DNA of 64,000 nucleotides from an uncultured bacterium (GTDB taxonomy: Bacteria > Babelota > Babeliae > Babelales > JACPOV01), in the NCBI GenBank assembly GCA_963744715.1, contig CAVUUR010000011.1, positions 1-64,000 of the forward strand. The letters run 5' to 3'. A program made the position numbers and the translations under genes. Numbering within the stretch: position 1 is the stretch's first letter; each line of letters begins with the position of its first letter. Shown piece by piece: positions 59,962-64,000 of the stretch. Under the pieces are notes generated by a model. The model made no database searches. It had not been told where the DNA came from and saw only the letters and a list, made by a program, of their open reading frames with translations.

Positions 59962-61326
59962 TTACATTTCTTTGTGTTTATCCTTAGATAAAGGTTTTAT
60001 TGAAGGATGATAAAAAGTTTTGGTCGCTGGAATAAAGGTTATCGTTTCAGCTATTTTTTTCCCATCGAGTACCGCTTCTTGCATGCTCGAATATTTCCAT
60101 CCTCCATATCTTCCTATCGAATAAACATCATGTTCTTGCAACTGAGCAAGAAGAGAGGGTAAATGTTTTTCTCGCCAAAAATTATAAATAACGTAGGCGT
60201 GGGCAATAGAAATAACTTTTTCTGTGATGATGTGTTTGTCTTCGATGGATAATAATTTTTTTACTGCGGTTAATGATTGCGCAAGCAAGTTAGAACATTC
60301 TTCTTTTGTTTTATTGATATAAGAAAATTCTCCGTATAAAGAGCTTGTTCCTTTCGGTACCATGCTCGTAGCAAAATTATGAGGAAACCCTATGCGATAG
60401 AAAGGGAATTGCTGCTCTGGAAAATAAATCCAATGTTTATCGGAAAGATTTTGATCGACTACGCCAAGGTTAAAGTTGATAACGGAGTTACATACCAAAT
60501 GTTTCAATGCATGATTGAAGGTGGTAGAGGGTTTTTCTTTAAGGCATTTGATTAATATATCAAGCGGCATCGTTGTAATGAGATAATCAAACTGTTCTGC
60601 ATGACCGTTATCAAAATGAACAATTTTTTCTACTAGATCAACTTGTTTTACCGCATGACCAGTATGTATGGGATTATGGAGTGCATTACGAATAGCATTA
60701 ATCCAATATTGAATGCCTCCTGATTTTGGATAAAAAAATTGAGCATTATACCCTATAGTACTAAGATTATCCTTTATTGCTCCTGCGATCATTTGGTTTA
60801 ATGATGTTTGTGGCACAAAACGGCTCATCCATGTAGGAGATACTTTTTTCAAATCATAATCAAAAATTTTACGCTGAAATGGGAAGAAAAAATTGCGAGC
60901 GATGCCAGCGCCAAAATTTTGTAATACCCATTCGTAAAATGAAACGGGCGGCTTGCGTGATTTTTTTCGTTGAGCAAATCCTTCAATGCATTCAACGATA
61001 ATATCGTCAGGCAAACCAAAAAGATTAATTTGATACGGATAACGAGTGTAACGTTCATGCGAGTAAATAAAGGATTTTCTATCAATGATGTTGAGTTGCT
61101 GCATACCTATAAGATTGGCCAAAAAAGATTGAAAATAAGGATCACTGGCATGTAATAAATGTCCAGTAAAATCAAAAGTAAAACCATCCTGGTTGATTGA
61201 ACGGCATAAACCGCCCACAGCTGACTCTTTTTCAAATAAAACGTAGTCAAAAAAACCTTGTTTTTCCAAATGATATGCGGTTGAAAGTCCGGTTAGTCCA
61301 GCTCCAATAATAACTAATTTAGCCAT
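59962..61326 (-). CDS. FAD-dependent oxidoreductase (amine oxidase / UDP-galactopyranose mutase-like)
   Basis: IIGAGLTGL, GGLCRS, FDFTGH, FFYPKSGG, IGRYGGWKY. Confidence 0.85.
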   Translation of the reverse strand: MAKLVIIGAGLTGLSTAYHLEKQGFFDYVLFEKESAVGGLCRSINQDGFTFDFTGHLLHASDPYFQSFLANLIGMQQLNIIDRKSFIYSHERYTRYPYQINLFGLPDDIIVECIEGFAQRKKSRKPPVSFYEWVLQNFGAGIARNFFFPFQRKIFDYDLKKVSPTWMSRFVPQTSLNQMIAGAIKDNLSTIGYNAQFFYPKSGGIQYWINAIRNALHNPIHTGHAVKQVDLVEKIVHFDNGHAEQFDYLITTMPLDILIKCLKEKPSTTFNHALKHLVCNSVINFNLGVVDQNLSDKHWIYFPEQQFPFYRIGFPHNFATSMVPKGTSSLYGEFSYINKTKEECSNLLAQSLTAVKKLLSIEDKHIITEKVISIAHAYVIYNFWREKHLPSLLAQLQEHDVYSIGRYGGWKYSSMQEAVLDGKKIAETITFIPATKTFYHPSIKPLSKDKHKEM

Positions 61327-61450
61327 GCACTTCCTTTTTTTTGTTCGGTGATTGCTGGTTTTGGGATAGTTATAAAACTAAGAAGGGTAAATGTCCAGTT
61401 TTTAGAATAAAAATTCTGAAAGTTTTTTTGTATAAAAAAAATATCAACTA

Positions 61451-62014
61451 TTATGAGGCTATTTTTGATGATGATAATGAGGGTATACGATCAAAGGTAA
61501 GCATGAAGGAGTTTTTAGTGGTAGTTCGTTGAAAGATTTCTGGCAAATTACAGTGTTCAAGCTGAAAGTAGCCACTTTTAATAATGTGTTCATGCTGAAT
61601 TGGTAACGTTAATACTAAACACAAGGTCATCAGTGATTCAAGCATAAGATTTTTATCGAAAGTAAGAATAAGTTCTTGTGTTTTTTTGTTCCAAGAGCTA
61701 TCGCATACTAAATATTCTTCAAGAGGTAAAAAATCTTTATCGAGTGGCTTTTTATATAATGATGCCGTTAAATTTTCTAGAAATGAACCTTTCCATTTCA
61801 AGATCAATCGGTTAAGAATAACGGTTTGTTTAGAGCGTTTTTTTACTTTGAGCATCCCGGCTAAAATCCATTTTCCCCCATATTGTTTGATAGTAATCGG
61901 ATTATTATCAAGTTCTTGCCATTGTGGCTCAATGATGAATTCAAATGAATTATATGCGTGGATATGAAAAAAAGAGATAAGAATTATAAATCGTATGATC
62001 GATGTTCGCATCAT
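61451..62014 (-). CDS. Hypothetical exported protein
   Basis: GAGGG RBS, signal peptide, 187 aa. Confidence 0.7.
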   Translation of the reverse strand: MMRTSIIRFIILISFFHIHAYNSFEFIIEPQWQELDNNPITIKQYGGKWILAGMLKVKKRSKQTVILNRLILKWKGSFLENLTASLYKKPLDKDFLPLEEYLVCDSSWNKKTQELILTFDKNLMLESLMTLCLVLTLPIQHEHIIKSGYFQLEHCNLPEIFQRTTTKNSFMLTFDRIPSLSSSKIAS

Positions 62015-62131
62015 ATCGCCCTCTCTTATAGTTAATTCTTATGTATTTTATCATAGTTAGTAACCGATAACAAAGAGTTTAATGTAATAAATTGCTAATT
62101 GTTTTATAAAAAGGCATGTTCCATAGTTTGT

Positions 62132-63009
62132 TTATAGTAGAGTAATTTTTCCCTTATAGTTTTTTGGTACACAAACAACGGTAAGATGTAATGTTAAATC
62201 AGAATGTTGCAGCCGTTCAGGTAATGGTGGAAATGGTGCTACTTTTCTAATTTTGTGCATCAAATGATTATCCAATTCTGTAATACCTGTTGAATTTAAG
62301 GGAGCAATATGTTTGAGATTACCATCGGGAGATATTGTTAAGGTTATTGTGAAATTTAAAGGGTCTATAACCGGTTGATGATATTCTGATAAATCAATAA
62401 TATCTCTATCAAGCTCCTGTTGGATGTACCACATGATATTATTTTGATAACTTAAATATTTTAAGCTAGATTCATCAGTTTCTTTATTTGGATTACCGGT
62501 GCAAATGAAAGGATTAGATGGGGCACCTTGGTTGCTAAGGGCACTTTGAAAACCTTGTGCAATATCGGCAAAGGTAATTTTTCTTGCAATCGGCTTTTTT
62601 TGAATAGTTCTTTTTTTTCGTTTCTGTGTAGGTTTTTTTATAGGATCTTTTTTTTCTGTGATGTTGTTTGATAGTGCTTCTGGAATTGGAGCAAGAGGAT
62701 TAGATACTGTTTCAATTTCTGGCGGTAGCGTATCTTGTGTATCATTTTCTTGTTCAGGTAATTGTTCTTTCGAGATATCAAGGGGAACGCTATATTACTA
62801 TCTGGTTCAGTTACTATAGTAATTTGGTCATCGTCGTAAGGAAAAGGTGGTGCCATGGCGGGTAGTTCTGGAAGTTGATCTTGCAAAGAATTATGATCAA
62901 CGACATTTTGGTGTACGATAATTACTGAAAGCATACCAATGATGGCATGGATACAAAATGAAATAATAAGAAATTGATGTTTCTTAATATCCTGTTCATA
63001 TGCTATCAT
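62132..63009 (-). CDS. TonB/TolA C-terminal domain protein (frameshift near 62785)
   Basis: TM anchor ISFCIHA, Pro/Lys-rich linker, C-terminal ISPDG...STGITELD...APFPPLP; the second frame is open from ~62785 to 62132. Confidence 0.75.
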
Positions 63010-63091
63010 CAACAAAACCTTTAATATTTACCTACAACCTACATGTCCTTTACTTATAGAATACTGTATAAGCATTATGGAGTAAACAAAA

Positions 63092-63481
63092 CTAGAATGG
63101 ATTATTGTTATCAGTATTTTGAATGTTGAGTAATATTGTTGCTGCTTCAAATTCATTATCAGTTAATTGGCTACAGATATATTGCCCGTTTTGTTTTGCG
63201 ATGGCATAACGAGGATAATCGGATTCTAGAGTTGTTAGGGAACTCTTTGCAATCTCTAATTGGGTAATTTTGTGAGGGGCCCTTGTTGATATTTGTAAAG
63301 AATGGTTTGGATTAATAGAATGGTCTTTTATTGAAGATTGTTTATTACTTTTATCATGTACACTTATTTTAATGTGAACTGTTTCGGGGGTAGCGTTAAA
63401 AATAATATAATCGTTCGTAGAATGCATGGAATAACTGGAAAAAAGTGTAACAAACAACAACAGAAAAAATGCTTTTTTCAT
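63092..63481 (-). CDS. Hypothetical exported protein
   Basis: MKKAFFLLLF signal peptide, 129 aa. Confidence 0.7.
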   Translation of the reverse strand: MKKAFFLLLFVTLFSSYSMHSTNDYIIFNATPETVHIKISVHDKSNKQSSIKDHSINPNHSLQISTRAPHKITQLEIAKSSLTTLESDYPRYAIAKQNGQYICSQLTDNEFEAATILLNIQNTDNNNPF

Positions 63482-63667
63482 ATAAAAAACCTTTTAATTA
63501 AAAATAATCATCGGAATTACTATTTTTATGACGATTGTAATAATAACAGTACTTTATTTTTTTGCCATATTTTTTATATCGTATTCTTGCGTTATTGTTA
63601 AGACGTACTTACAATACAAAATTGAGATCTATAGAATTGTTAACATTATCTAGGTGTGAATTGTCAC

Positions 63668-64000
63668 ATGCGTATATTGCCAAGAAAATTTTATAATCGA
63701 GATCCTCTTATTGTTGCACCTGATTTATTAGGTAAGGTGATCGTTCATCGGTATCATGATCAGACATTGAGTGGCATTATCGTTGAAACAGAAGCATATC
63801 GGAATGATGATCCGGCAAGCCATTCATATCGGGGGAAAACTAAGCGCAATGAAGTAATGTTTGGAAAATCGGGTGTGGCCTACGTATATTTTATTTATGG
63901 AAATCATTTTTGCTTAAATTTCGTTTCGAGAACCCCATCCATACTAGCAGGCGGTGTGCTTATTCGTGCATTAGAACCGTCGCAGGGTATTGATGTGATG
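63668..64000 (+). CDS. mpg: DNA-3-methyladenine glycosylase (MPG/AAG family), truncated by the window edge
   Basis: Manual translation: MRILPRKFYNRDPLIVAPDLLGK...IVETEAY..DPASHS...MFG..G.AYVYFIYG.HFCLN...VLIRALEP. Confidence 0.93.
   Translation, partial: MRILPRKFYNRDPLIVAPDLLGKVIVHRYHDQTLSGIIVETEAYRNDDPASHSYRGKTKRNEVMFGKSGVAYVYFIYGNHFCLNFVSRTPSILAGGVLIRALEPSQGIDVM

Noticed and set aside
1..64000. CRISPR arrays, rRNA, transposases, phage genes; the many short antisense ORFs in the track
   Set aside because: No regularly spaced repeats or diagnostic motifs found by eye; the short ORFs overlap well-supported genes and lack RBS or motifs

Overview
AT-rich bacterial chromosomal window. The gene content (Sec-signal proteins with SEL1/TPR, WD40, Skp1-like, ankyrin-like and zinc-finger domains among housekeeping genes) suggests a protist-infecting intracellular bacterium such as Candidatus Babelota (Dependentiae/TM6); this assignment is inference. 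Housekeeping genes include rlmB, alr, a deoxynucleoside kinase, topA, plsC, batA-E, an M23 peptidase, lepB, tRNA-Cys, tRNA-Leu, HU, a split GspE/PilB, sufCBD/sufS/sufU, metG, NurA, dnaJ, an epimerase, a TonB-like protein and mpg. Main points of interest: (1) eight unrelated eukaryote-like or hypothetical exported proteins share a signal peptide followed directly by Met-Glu/Met-Asp, a candidate effector-export or host-mimicry signature; (2) a tandem trio of signal peptide + NLS-like + 5x zinc-finger proteins (candidate nucleus-targeted effectors); (3) a signal-peptide polymorphic EndoU toxin locus with immunity gene, orphan half-domain cassette and second immunity gene; (4) a Skp1-like/WD40 fusion; (5) two ~1400-aa SEL1 proteins inside the suf operon. 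Patches of single-base indels (about 0.2-2.8 kb, 31.1-33.3 kb, 6.8 kb, 62.8 kb) look like sequencing errors and hide at least two genes. No CRISPR, rRNA or transposase was seen.
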